Positions 13,315 through 24,542 of a DNA stretch of 64,000 nt are shown one piece after another. The stretch lies in NCBI GenBank assembly GCA_964187785.1, contig OZ076420.1, forward strand, positions 8,184,001 to 8,248,000. Reading direction: 5' to 3'. The notes below the pieces were generated by a model that was not told the DNA's origin, ran no database searches, and worked only from the letters and a program-made list of their open reading frames with translations. Every line of letters begins with the position of its first letter. Position 1 is the stretch's first letter. Position numbers and translations under genes: made by a program. The stretch is from Amphiscolops sp. MND2022. Its lineage: Eukaryota.

Positions 13315-13623
13315 ATGACGCTGAGTTTGTTTGAGAAACAAGATGATACTAACTCGATAATTGAGGGCTCTCCTGCCGCCCGAGGGGGACTGCGCAGCCA
13401 GGACATGGTCATCCGCCTGGGCAGCATCACTGGCAGCAACTTCAGTGGCAACCTCAACTCTATCGGCAGCCTGTTGGCGGGTTATCAGGGCCAGGTGCTC
13501 GGAGTGGAAGTGCTGCGAGAGATTGCACCCAACAACCCCCTCAGACTGTCGCTCACTCCATAGGTGTGGTCAGGCAGGGGCCTGCTCGGCTGCAAGATGC
13601 TCCATCTCGTCCCTCCCCCCTGA
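13315..13623 (+). pseudogene. Junction-created truncated-PDZ ORF, unit 4, with nonsense CAG>TAG at 13561
   Basis: The ORF stops at LSLTP*, removing the WSGRGLLGC strand. Confidence 0.5.
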
Positions 13624-14989
13624 CACACACCAGTATCTCCCAATCTTTGCAATCACAAAACCCCAACCCTTCGCCCCCCCCCGAACATTTTCATTTTGTG
13701 CAGCTTGTCAAACACACAGTTTGATATTTCTTCTGAAGCTGTCATAGAACTGTGTAGAATAATCAAATTCTCGTTTTTATGTATATGTTCTTATTCGTTT
13801 GAAGTCAGATTTTATTGCACAGAGCCGATTTTAAATAGCGCTAGTTTTGAGCTAACCTGCAAACCTCTGATTCCAAAACGAATAATTCGTTCTACTTTTC
13901 TCTTGAAAGATGTTAACTTGGGTATTGTTCCGAGATACGATGAGAAATAAAATTATATCTTAACCGGATGAAAAGAAACTCCTTTGTAGGCTACAAGTGA
14001 AATTGGTAAAGTTGCATCTGAGAAACACCTCTTCCCAGTTGATCGAGTACTTTCAGTTGCAGTCAATCAAAACGCTGATACGGAAAATCATACCATTTGT
14101 AGATTGAGTCTCGACATTGGATAACGTCAAATGGAGTTCCCGATATCAAAGCGAGGCAAGTAAACAGCCTCTTGCGCAAGATGGTCCAAAAACGTTGTTA
14201 GCGGATCAGTTTTGAATCCAGAAGAAAAGTATTCGAGACAATCGTCGATTTTTTGGAAAAACAAGTGAACTTTTGAACGTCATGGCTCAAGTAAAATTAA
14301 GGTTCAAAGCTGAAAAGTTGCAAAATGACTCCATTTGAGACTGGGAAAGTGGATGGATCTGTGAACATCGGGTGACAAAGGGTCTGCTTTGGATGCAGTT
14401 CTAGCTCACAAAGAGTTGAGTAGGTAACTACTATAAACATTATCGATCTTCCCTAATACTTCTGTGGATATTGGCTTTTCAGTGAATTAATGGCGCTGAG
14501 TTTGTTTGAGAAACAAGATGATACTAACTCGATAATTACTGATCTAAGCTTTCTTGGCAGCTAAGTGAGACGATATTCGGTTAAACGCACGCTTCTAGTG
14601 AAAATTTTCCAAGGGTTCAATTCAATTACATGAATGGGAAAATGAAACTTCAGAACTTTGTTGAGGATTGAAATGAAGGATTAATGGAGCTTCGTATCTA
14701 GTATCTTCATTCCGAAAAGGTCACCTTGAAAGTGAATGAATTTCGAAGTCGAAGGGGTTTATTTTCAAAACCCAACATAAATTTCAAACAACTTTGACAA
14801 GCTTTTGATGAATGGTTCTGAGGGCATAAAAAGGCACGTACTCATAAAAAGGAGTTTGTATGCTCTGCGCAAGTTCTTCCATGAAACCTTTTCGATTCCA
14901 TTTGCTCTCTTCATCTTCGCAATGTCGCCAGATGGAAAAACGTCCCAGACATTTTGACATGTTTCACTAGCCGAAACAACGGAACCTTT

Positions 14990-15420
14990 TAGATATTTCC
15001 TAAAGAAAGAAGGAACATGGGAATAGCAAGAAAAACGTTATTTAACCTTGAACCAAGTGCAAATACCCGTGAAAAAATGATCAAATTGTCACACTTTAAC
15101 TTATCAAAGAAAATGCGAATAGTATGCGACGCCAGCCAGGAAGGTTTATCGGCAATACTAATGCAGAACAACGAAAACAAGGATTGGGTCTTGGTATCGT
15201 TCCTAACAGATTACGAATCAAAATAATATACCAATGAAGTAAACCACTCGCCTTAGTTGGGGCGGCGGAACACGGTCGTAATTTCGTGTATGGGGTGAAT
15301 TTTGAAGTTTTTTCAGACATAAAACCACTGAAAACTGCTTCGAAAAGTAGTCACGAAAATAAAACGTGTTTCAGTGGGCTCACTAGATGGATAGACAGAC
15401 TTTTACAATTTGATATATAT
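14990..15420 (+). mobile_element. Ty3/gypsy RT-connection/RNase H fragment
   Basis: KMRIVCDASQEGLSAILMQ (DAS motif) followed by YGVNFEVFSDIKPL...LTRWIDRLLQFD; frameshifted. Confidence 0.8.
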
Positions 15421-15479
15421 GGAAATTGGTTCACAAGGGTTTACTTTAAGTCATATACTTTAATCTTCAAGGATTTTAA

Positions 15480-15944
15480 TAATAAGTGTCACTTTGCTTA
15501 TTTAAAACACATTTACTGTGTTTGATAGGGGCTCTGACTTGGGCCCTTCCTGGCTTGTCATTGAATGTTTCCTGCTGCCATGCTCCGATTTTTACCACAC
15601 TGAATAGTAAATGTTCTACAAGGTCTTACAGTGTTACGTCTGAGCTTTCTAATGCTGATCTTAATTCTACCCCTTGCAGACATTTGCTGATTCTCAAAGG
15701 GCAAAAACGATTCGACCTCGAATGTGGAAATGTTTTCTGATTTGTACAAGAACTGAAATTGAATGTTTTTCTGACAGTGCGTTGAGGTGTATCTTCTGAT
15801 TGTGTGACTATTAATTGTTGTTCATTGACAGGTAGCAGTAGTGTGTCGTCACAGAGCCCCCCTTCCCCCAAGCACAGATGTGAGACAGATCCCAGACCTT
15901 TCATGCCTGGCCCTCAAGCGGCGCCTTTCCTGAGAGTGCAGCAG
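15480..15944 (+). repeat. PSMD9: Second copy of PSMD9 intron 2 end plus the 5' part of the last exon
   Basis: 15543-15944 appears identical to ~8252-8652 and runs into an N gap. Confidence 0.92.
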
Positions 15945-16144
15945 NNNNNNNNNNNNNNNNNNNNNNNNNNNNNNNNNNNNNNNNNNNNNNNNNNNNNNNN
16001 NNNNNNNNNNNNNNNNNNNNNNNNNNNNNNNNNNNNNNNNNNNNNNNNNNNNNNNNNNNNNNNNNNNNNNNNNNNNNNNNNNNNNNNNNNNNNNNNNNNN
16101 NNNNNNNNNNNNNNNNNNNNNNNNNNNNNNNNNNNNNNNNNNNN
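15945..16144. other. Assembly gap (200 N)
   Basis: Run of N. Confidence 1.
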
Positions 16145-16352
16145 AGAAGGGTCGTCACCCCTTGTTTGCTAGTTTGTCGTTTGAGGTCTGGGGGCCCGAG
16201 TTCGGGCGGTTAATTATAGCGGCCAATTATAGCGGGTGCGGCTAATTATAGCTGGTGCTGCTAATTATAGCGGGTGCGGCTATGTTATTACGGGTGCGGG
16301 TATCTTATTGCGGCTACTGTCAAAAAGATTGCATTTAAATTTTAAAAAGTAA
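16145..16352 (+). repeat. Left terminal inverted repeat of the Polinton (outer end lost in the gap)
   Basis: Reverse complement of 32751-32945; internal subrepeats of taattatagcgggtgcggc. Confidence 0.92.
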
Positions 16353-16456
16353 CTTAGAGAGCATAAATGGGGTTGACATCAAAAATGAAAACCAATAGAA
16401 ACTAAAAGTAGTCCTTTTCTTTATTTTATAAAACAACGTGGGCTAAATAGGAAACT

Positions 16457-19400
16457 TCACAAGAGGAGTGGTTTTGTGTGAACTCCATCACTCAAAACAA
16501 TTCTTTTTGGATAAAAAAAAACAACCCTCGCTTCGTTTGTTCGTATGTACAGACTGAATGTTGCATTGTTCGGAACCCACGATTCGTAGATTGAACATTT
16601 GTTTTTTCCTCAAGAACTCTTCTGTATTTTTCCAGTGGTCCTGCGCCAGTTTCCTCCAGAGTTCTTTTGTTGAGACCTTTGCTGCTGAACTTGATTTTTT
16701 TTGTTTTCTGATCGAAGCAGCAATAGGTTTTACTGCACAGACAACTCATTTCGGTGCAGCGAAAACACCTGTTTGAAAAGTCCAGGTTCGCGCTTATCGT
16801 GCTTGATATGTTCGTTACAACAAGTTCGTGGGAAAAAGTTACTGAACGAGTTGGCGGAAAAGTTGTTGCTACAATCGTTTTTTCTAACATTTTTCCAAGT
16901 TTCTCTCATTTCACGTTTTATACAGTCTTCAAGAGATTGATGCGCTAGAGCTAGGTAGAGTGAGTCAGTACCCATCTCCATCTCTTCAAACGAATTGAAG
17001 TCGCAAAACTTGTCAAAAAAGTTGTAATATAGTTCAAGCATTCGTAGCTTTGCATATTGTAGGATGAAAAAGCCTACAATGATGGGTTCTTTATGCTCTT
17101 CCTCGGGTTTAGCTGCTTCAACTTCGTACAAGTTATCATTCAGAAAATTGAGTCTCTTGAAAAATTTGCTGTTTATGGCTTTGTGTGCTTTTTCATCGTT
17201 CAGATATTTAGTGACTGTGTGTCGGCTCCTGTCCATGATCTGATATCCGTACGAGCTATTAGCCTAGAGCTTCATCGTTTCAGCTACAACACTGGAATGT
17301 GGATTTTCGTCACCTTGTCTCCGAGCATTCACTGCAGATTGAACAAAGCTTTTGAAGCAATTCAATGATTATACTGAACGAAACGATAAATTTGAGACCA
17401 AGATCTAGATAAAAATTTAAACAGAGGTGTTATAATAGTACCATTGGTCAGATGGTAACTCGATATCAACATTCTTCGAGGTTGAGTCAGCAGCTTGTTT
17501 TCTTCCGCGTATTGTTTCATAAACTCTCCAATGTCTGAGCGAGAAACCAATCTGTTTTTGAAAATTGGTGAAAAGGTTGCAAGCTTTTCTTTTAACTTGT
17601 CTGGAACACTTATATCACACTGAACGTAACCAAAGGGTTCCCCAATCCGAATGCGATGGAGCAAGTTTTTAACGCTCAAAGGACGTTTGAAAGGAAAATT
17701 CGATCGAACAAAAGACTTGATATCATCGTTTTCTCTAAGTTTTTGTTTCCATTCACATTCCCACATTTCTATTATAGAATAATTCTTCTCTCACAGATAA
17801 GACCGACGTAATTCATCCATTTCTCTCTTTTTCTGTCCTCTGTCAATGTCTCCTTCCGTGAGACATGGTCGTACTTCCTGACACTCACAAAAATGATAAA
17901 AGCATCCGAGAGCCTCAAAAATTGTGTCGCAGTGACCACAAAATCCATCAACGCTGAAACAATCAATTTTTTCTGAGTTCCTGTTGTGTAGAAGCTCTCT
18001 ATATTACAGTCTGGTCGAGAGTTTTAGAAATTAGTCATAAAAATGTTTTCAAACGATCGTGCTTTGTTGGTTCTTGGCTTGAAACGTTCCAGGTCAGAAT
18101 CGAACTCCCAGCGTGTGTACAACCCAGTAGGCATCGGTTGACACATTGCATAAGGGTAGAGTTGGCTCGCATCAATACCCACTATTGATTTGCAAATATT
18201 CGATGAAGATCGTATTTTTGTTTCACTGACTACGGCTTTCCGTGTGAAAACAATTGACGGGCCTCCCACCATATTTTCCCTCACTTTCTCAAGCAAATCC
18301 TTATCTCCTGCGGGGAATGGGTAGTACTTTGCACTTGTGGAGCTATGAAGACAGATGTTTGCTAAGTTTGGTAAGGTACAACCCAGCTTCAACATATCAA
18401 TACCCTTTTCGTGATAGAAGTGAATCAATTTTTTCATAGCTTTCAAAGTGGGAACTACATCCTTGTTAATGTACCAGCCAAGAAAGTCTTTGAAAGATTG
18501 CATTCCTTGACTATTCCATATCTGCTGCAGGTACACATAGTTTTCTTTAATCGTTGGACGAATTCCCGCAAGTTTGAGTTTTCGAAGAGCTTCTTCATTG
18601 CTACATCCAGCTTTCAAAAGATGATTCTGAAAATCTGAAAAGGTTTTTTTGAGCGGGTTGCAGTTACGCGAGCGGTTATAAAACGCGTCGTACGAGGGTA
18701 GTGATTGATGTGACAGTTTTTCAACATTATCAAACCACTCATGAGGAAAATAACCCTTGGTTTCGCTTGTTTTGTATGCTTTCAGAAAAGAATCAAGACT
18801 AGTTGCACCTCCAAGGAATTTCATGATATCCAGGAACTGAATGTTACCAAACTTGAAAAATACAAACTGATTTGCTTTCTTGATAACTGTTGGTTCAATT
18901 CCTTTCTCATTAACTAGTATGAGGTACGCTTTTATCAAGTTCAAATCATATTTGGAGCTGTTGAAACAAAAAAGAGGTAGAGTGTTGACATAACGCTCGA
19001 AATGTTCTTGAAGCTCAATTAGTTTCTTTTTGTGAGTGAGAAGAAACTGTGTCGATGCAGTTACTTCTTCATCGTCCTCATTATCGGTTCCACATAAGGA
19101 CTCTCCGTGCTGTTCTGAGCAAGATGACATTGTCCTTTTTCTTTTATTGATTGCTGACAATAGACGCTCTAGTTTTCCTTTTATGGTTGAACCAATTTCA
19201 TGAAAGTTGAGACTCATTTCGAGTTTACTTTTCTCGGCAAGATTTTCGAGAGTGGTTACGAAGGAAAATACTAGTTAGTGAGTGAGGGTCACAAATGAAA
19301 ATTGGTTCTTGAAGAAGATTTGACGTTATTGAGACTGAGATTGGTTCATGTTTACCAACCCAAGTAGTAGTTTCTGTATCAAAAAGAGATGAATTTTGCA

Positions 19401-20774
19401 CACAAATGGATTCAAAATCAAAGACAGCAAAATTGTTAAAGAGAGATTGACCTGCCTCAAACTTGATATTGAAAGCTCTCAGTTTATCAAAAAGCGTTTT
19501 ACGAAGTTGATAGACTGTTTTTGGATAGATCTTCTCAACCAGCTCGTCACATTTAGGTAAATGTCTCTGCAAGTTTCAGCTTCACCTGAAAAATTTATCA
19601 CATGTCGGGCAGCAAAACGCCTTGAAAACTTTGTTTACATCAGTGACATAGCAAATATGATTGTTGTACCGCAGCAAAGTAGCAGTTGAATTGAATCTCT
19701 GCAAAGATCGTTGAGCAAGTTCTCCGACAATTCCATTTTCTGATACTTCTATATCATACACCAAGATGTTCACCTTTGCTAGATCTTCAACGACATGAAT
19801 ATCTTCCAGAGCAATTCCTCGAAAATTTTCAACAGACAAGTTCGAATTGATGTCGAGCAAAGCCTTCAAGAGTTTAGAAGTTTCCTTCTTTAATCTTTCC
19901 GTTCCTGTCTTGTGCATGCAAACTGCTCTCAACAAGCATAAGTTATCGTTGTAACGTTCTTTGTTCACCTTATAAGTGAGGCAGTTGACGTCTGCACGTT
20001 TGACTAAGTGAGGTGGTAATAAATCATCTTTGCAACCAACAGGTTCGTTCGTAGCAATTAAGAACTTCCAGTTGGTGGAATTTCTATCTCTTGTGCTCAG
20101 TTCTAAAATATTCACTTCGTCTACAGTCTTCTGTAACTCCAACAAGTCTTCTTTATTAGCAATGAGCTGTGACCTTTCTACAAGTAAGTTGTTCTCATGT
20201 GCATAAAAGTAACGATATTTTCCGTCTTCAACGTTACGAAGAACAAACCCGAGTGCCATTTTAATTTTTGCCGCACATTGTAAATTCTCGTAAACATGTT
20301 GCAATTTATCCGTGAGGAAAGACGAATCAATACGATTTGAAGAGAAATTGAAAACGTGTTGCCTGCCTCTAACAAGCTCAGAGTCAACCAAAAAGTGTTT
20401 ACACGTTGTAAGTTCTTCGCGTTGTTCTTGATCTCGATTATTACTCATAAATGAGTCCAGGTCCACATTAACGTCTTGAATTCGCGATCGCTTGCCATGC
20501 TCAGATTTTTTGTAATTCTGCAACGAGTAGTAGCTGGGAAATTTTTTTCCACCATTTGAGCACTTTGTCCGTCCATCTGGATATGACACTGCATGCTTCG
20601 TGGCAATGTGGTGATTGAGGTCCTTTTGCGTCTTGAAGTAAAAATTGGGACATTGTGGACATGTTTCTGTACCTCTAGTACCAGATTTTTTGTGACACGT
20701 GATAAATTCGTTTTGCTAACACTTGTTCCGCAGTAACTGCAAGTAGCTTTTTCATTTCGGTTGATAGAAGGCAT
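16457..20774 (-). pseudogene. polB: Protein-primed family B DNA polymerase with N-terminal C2H2 zinc fingers
   Basis: Exo motifs AVFDFESI, FNSSKYDL and YINKDV. Pol motifs GIDASQLYP, KL*ANSSYG and MGTDSLY (DTDS altered). C-terminal DKREPGLFK, CLCSKTY and YPKRIV..DGVHTKPL. Split by several frameshifts. Confidence 0.95.
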
Positions 20775-20994
20775 AACAGCAGCTTACTCAAAATACCCAA
20801 ATAAGTAAAACAAAAATGTAAACTCGACAAAACGTAACTCAATACGATTAGGAGGCATTCATCAATAAAAAATCGCTTGTCTAACCAAAAAAGGAATTGC
20901 TTATTCGTATTATATCGTATTGTGAGTGGAAAACTAACCATAAAAGGACGTACACAGCTTGAACAAAAGAGGTTAAAAAACGATTGAAGCAGGA

Positions 20995-21610
20995 AAATTT
21001 GATGTGAAAATAACGTCATTCACCACTTTTTTCCGTGCTAGCCCTTTCATAGTAAAAATTGAGTAGGCTCCCTAATACTTGGCCAATGCATAGTACATGT
21101 GACGCGCTACATACATGCAATATTTCAGAAGCCTACGACCACCTAGTGAAACTTTATTGATATGGAAAGTGAGATGTCAGACAGGGAATGACGTCATTGA
21201 CCACTTTTTTCCTCGCTAGCCCTTTGCTAGTAAAAATCGAGCAATATCCCTATTACTTAGTGAGTGCGCAGTACATGGGACGGGCGACACACATGCGAAC
21301 TTTCAGAAGCCTACGATTGCCTAGTGTAACTTTATGAATATGGAAAGTGAGAAATCAGACAGGGAATGACGTCATTGACCACTTTTTTCCGTGCTAGCCC
21401 TTTCATAGTAAAAATCGAGCAAGCTCCCTAATACTTGGCGAATGCGTAGTACATGGGTTGGGCGACATACATGCGAACGTTCAGAAGCCTACGATTGCCT
21501 ACTGTAACTTTATGGATATGGAAAGTGAGAAATCAGACAGGGAATGACGTCATTGACCACTTTTTTCCGTGCTAGCCCTTTCATAGTGAAAATCAAGCTA
21601 GCTCGCGGAA
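20995..21610. repeat. 178-bp tandem repeat (~3.4 units), each unit with a CRE/ATF palindrome
   Basis: TGACGTCA at 21189, 21367 and 21545, and TAACGTCA at 21011; the flanking unit sequence is conserved. Confidence 0.92.
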
Positions 21611-22562
21611 AGTTTGCACACGCGGCGAACAAATTGCACGCTATTTGCATGCAAAAATCCGAAGTGATCCATGCGTTGTAAGTTACTATTTTCATGACTA
21701 ATGCTTCCCGTCATGACTAACACTGAACACTTTCATCCTTATTTGGAAGTTTATATGCACAGCAAGACAAATTTTGACAAAAAGTTGAATACATTGGGTA
21801 CAACTGTGACAAAAATTATAATAACATGATGTTCTCACTTCAAAAGGAAGCTTTTGTGACAAGTGGTGCCAGAAAGTCTAGAGAATTAAATCAAGCGAAA
21901 AGTTTTTCTCTCAACATAAAATTATTTATGAACAAATCAATGCTTCTGGGGATTAAATTGATAACCTGTGAGATATTTATACAACATTGACTAAAAAGGA
22001 TTGCTCTTACTATAAAAGGAATAGTATGTGACATTTGGTGCCAGGATGTCTAACAAAAGCAATCAAGCGGAACGATTCCCTTCAGTAATGATATTGTGTT
22101 TTAAAGAACAGCCAATTTATTTGAAATTAACATACGCGTGACGACGCACTGTCTTGCGAAAAGAAGATAAGTGGAACGGTTTCCCAGTGTGTGGAGACAA
22201 TTCGTCTGAGAAATGCATTGAAGTGGAACACAAATCTCTAGACTCGGTGACAGCTAGTCTGAGAGAATTGTTCAAGTGGAACTTTTCATGTGGGAATGTA
22301 TGAACCCGGCTGTGAACAAAGTAATTGGAAAGAGTTTCTTTCAAGGCGACACGTGAATATTGCAGAAATTTCTCATGCGTAATAATGGAACATTCTAATT
22401 AATAACACATGTAACATCTGACCATAAAAGGAAAGTTGTTAAACAACTCTCAAAACTGCTTTTCTTTTATCTGATACAACTCAACCAATGAAAAAAAGCT
22501 AGATCGGCTGAAAAATAGTTTACAGTTTTGCTCCGGTTTAAAATTCAATCATTTTTCACTAT

Positions 22563-23152
22563 TTGTTCTATGAAGAACAGTTCATGTCTTTGAAAAACAA
22601 ACTGCCTGCTCTGCGCAAGTTATACTCTATCTACGAAGAAATTCCAGAGGACTTTTTAGACGGAACTGACATCGACTCCTACTTCTTTTACTATCTTCTA
22701 AACATTTCAACTGTAGAAGGTCGACTTTTACGTGTGAGCAGAAGCTCCAATAAAAACTCGTTCAGTTTTAAAGTTTTCAAGTTCGATTCTTCTAAATTGA
22801 AACAGCGATATTTCAAACAAGAGTGACCAAACAAGAATTTGCTGCAGTTATATATCAATTGAGCGATTTCGCCGAGCAATACAAGAAGGTAAAGAATTCA
22901 AACTACTACAGACTACCAACCCCTAAAAATCCTTTTGGATATTCTTTCGCGACAGACGCTCTTTTCTGTCATCACGTCCATGAAATGAGAGAGGATCCTT
23001 CACGTCACATCAGATTATCTTTCCGTCTTGGACTCGATAACAATTGGTTGTTCTCATTCAAAAAATTCAATCGAATAGGAGACCAGTTTCAATTGGTTGA
23101 ATTTATTGATTTACACCATACTGAAATATTGAAATTGTTCACCAGTCGATGA
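22563..23152 (+). CDS. Polinton accessory gene(s): two overlapping ORFs, probably one frameshifted gene, PC4-like candidate
   Basis: 87-aa and 109-aa ORFs overlapping by 4 nt; repeated FSFKxFxF...I/V-x-L pattern. Confidence 0.5.
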
Positions 23153-23395
23153 TTCATTTTATCCACATTTTGTACTGGAAGTCACTACAATCTCAAAGTT
23201 GAATTCATTCTTCTCAATTCGCTCAAGTTCTATCCCCTGAATTATATTCGTTGCATCTAAATTTTAATTGGTTGACGGTATTTTCACAAAATATACTGTT
23301 TCACTCCATTATTTATCGAATCACTCCAGCATCAACACACGCGTTTATCAACATTTCACTGTAATCGTTCATTGTAAACAGTCCAGTGTTGCAAT

Positions 23396-23668
23396 ATGGT
23401 CTTCTCAGGTTCGAACGAACAGAAGAACTGGTCTTTAGAGTTTGAACCGGACTCTGTTTTGCTGGAAGTTCGAACCCATCCCAATGAATCCGTTGAAAAT
23501 TCAATAGAAATACCTCTGCCGATGTGGAATCTACTGGAGAGCAGGAGACTGCGGTTCATGGAGGAGGCTTTGATTGGGGGTCCACTCACCGACGCAGAGC
23601 GACAGCGACCATACGAGGTCCATGAGAATTTACCCGATGTGCAAGGACCAATCAGAGGCTGGGAATAA
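23396..23668 (+). CDS. Polinton accessory ORF, PC4-like candidate
   Basis: 90 aa; SIEIPLPMWNLL resembles the PC4 GIxLxxxQWxxL strand-helix motif. Confidence 0.4.
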   Translation: MVFSGSNEQKNWSLEFEPDSVLLEVRTHPNESVENSIEIPLPMWNLLESRRLRFMEEALIGGPLTDAERQRPYEVHENLPDVQGPIRGWE

Positions 23669-23840
23669 CAAGAAATTGTGATCGACAACGCCTCCACTTC
23701 AGACTCGGGGTTGGCAACACTGTCCCCAACGGGTACTAATTGAACTGCTAGATCGTCAGTATCACCCAATTTATTCGATTTATCTGGTAATCGCTATGGT
23801 TTTGACTATCCAGTCTTCGACGACGACGACACCATGGAGG

Positions 23841-24018
23841 NNNNNNNNNNNNNNNNNNNNNNNNNNNNNNNNNNNNNNNNNNNNNNNNNNNNNNNNNNNN
23901 NNNNNNNNNNNNNNNNNNNNNNNNNNNNNNNNNNNNNNNNNNNNNNNNNNNNNNNNNNNNNNNNNNNNNNNNNNNNNNNNNNNNNNNNNNNNNNNNNNNN
24001 NNNNNNNNNNNNNNNNNN
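23841..24018. other. Assembly gap (178 N)
   Basis: Run of N. Confidence 1.
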
Positions 24019-24542
24019 ACAATGAGAACAAAGAAAATGTTCCGCCAGCAACTTCAACACCCGGGCAAGGCGGTGAAAATCAGCCTCCACCAAACCAGTT
24101 GAGAAGAAGCACCGGTATTCCTTTTGGCAGATTAGAAAACATTCCACAATCTGTCTTTAGATCTTTATTTCAGTAAATTGTTATAAAAATTAATTTTGTG
24201 AATTCTTCGTCTGGTCTGAATTCAATGTATCAATTATATCTTTTCTTTTTTTCAACCGTGAGCTAAGGGTAACGTACCAATGACGGAGATGTCTAGATTC
24301 AATCTTCAAGAAAAAGAACAGACTGTTATTTTTAGTTGATTTTATTAAGGAAAATAGTAAGCTTGAAAACGATAAAAAAAACTGAGTTGTTGATTTTTTT
24401 GAGCGAAAATCTGACATGTTCACTTTTTATTTGCAAAATAACTGAGATGTTGAAAGAAAACTGATACAAAAATGCTGTTTATTGAACTATCACTTGGTAC
24501 TTGTGAAAACAAGACATTATTACTTATCACTAAGTGACTCTC

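Larger units (their letters stand above)
8656..14537 (+). repeat. Tandem array of five ~1175-bp units (3' part of the PDZ exon plus downstream DNA)
   Basis: Units 8656-9829, 9830-11010, 11011-12180, 12181-13359 and 13360-14534 are near-identical. Junction sequence is aactcgata|attgagggc. Confidence 0.97.

Noticed and set aside
8657-13950. Alternative-frame ORFs in the array (MRALLPPEGD..., MCSLSNTQFD...)
   Set aside because: Shadow frames of the PDZ exon and 3' flank. Their length changes with the poly-C tract and they show no recognisable motif.
8656-14537. Array as a CRISPR-like or satellite structure
   Set aside because: The units are ~1175-bp whole copies of host exon plus flank with no unique spacers, in eukaryotic context.
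14575-14990. Possible Polinton accessory-gene fragment (shares gctctgcgcaagtt with 22608)
   Set aside because: The match is only ~14 bp and the reading frames are closed.
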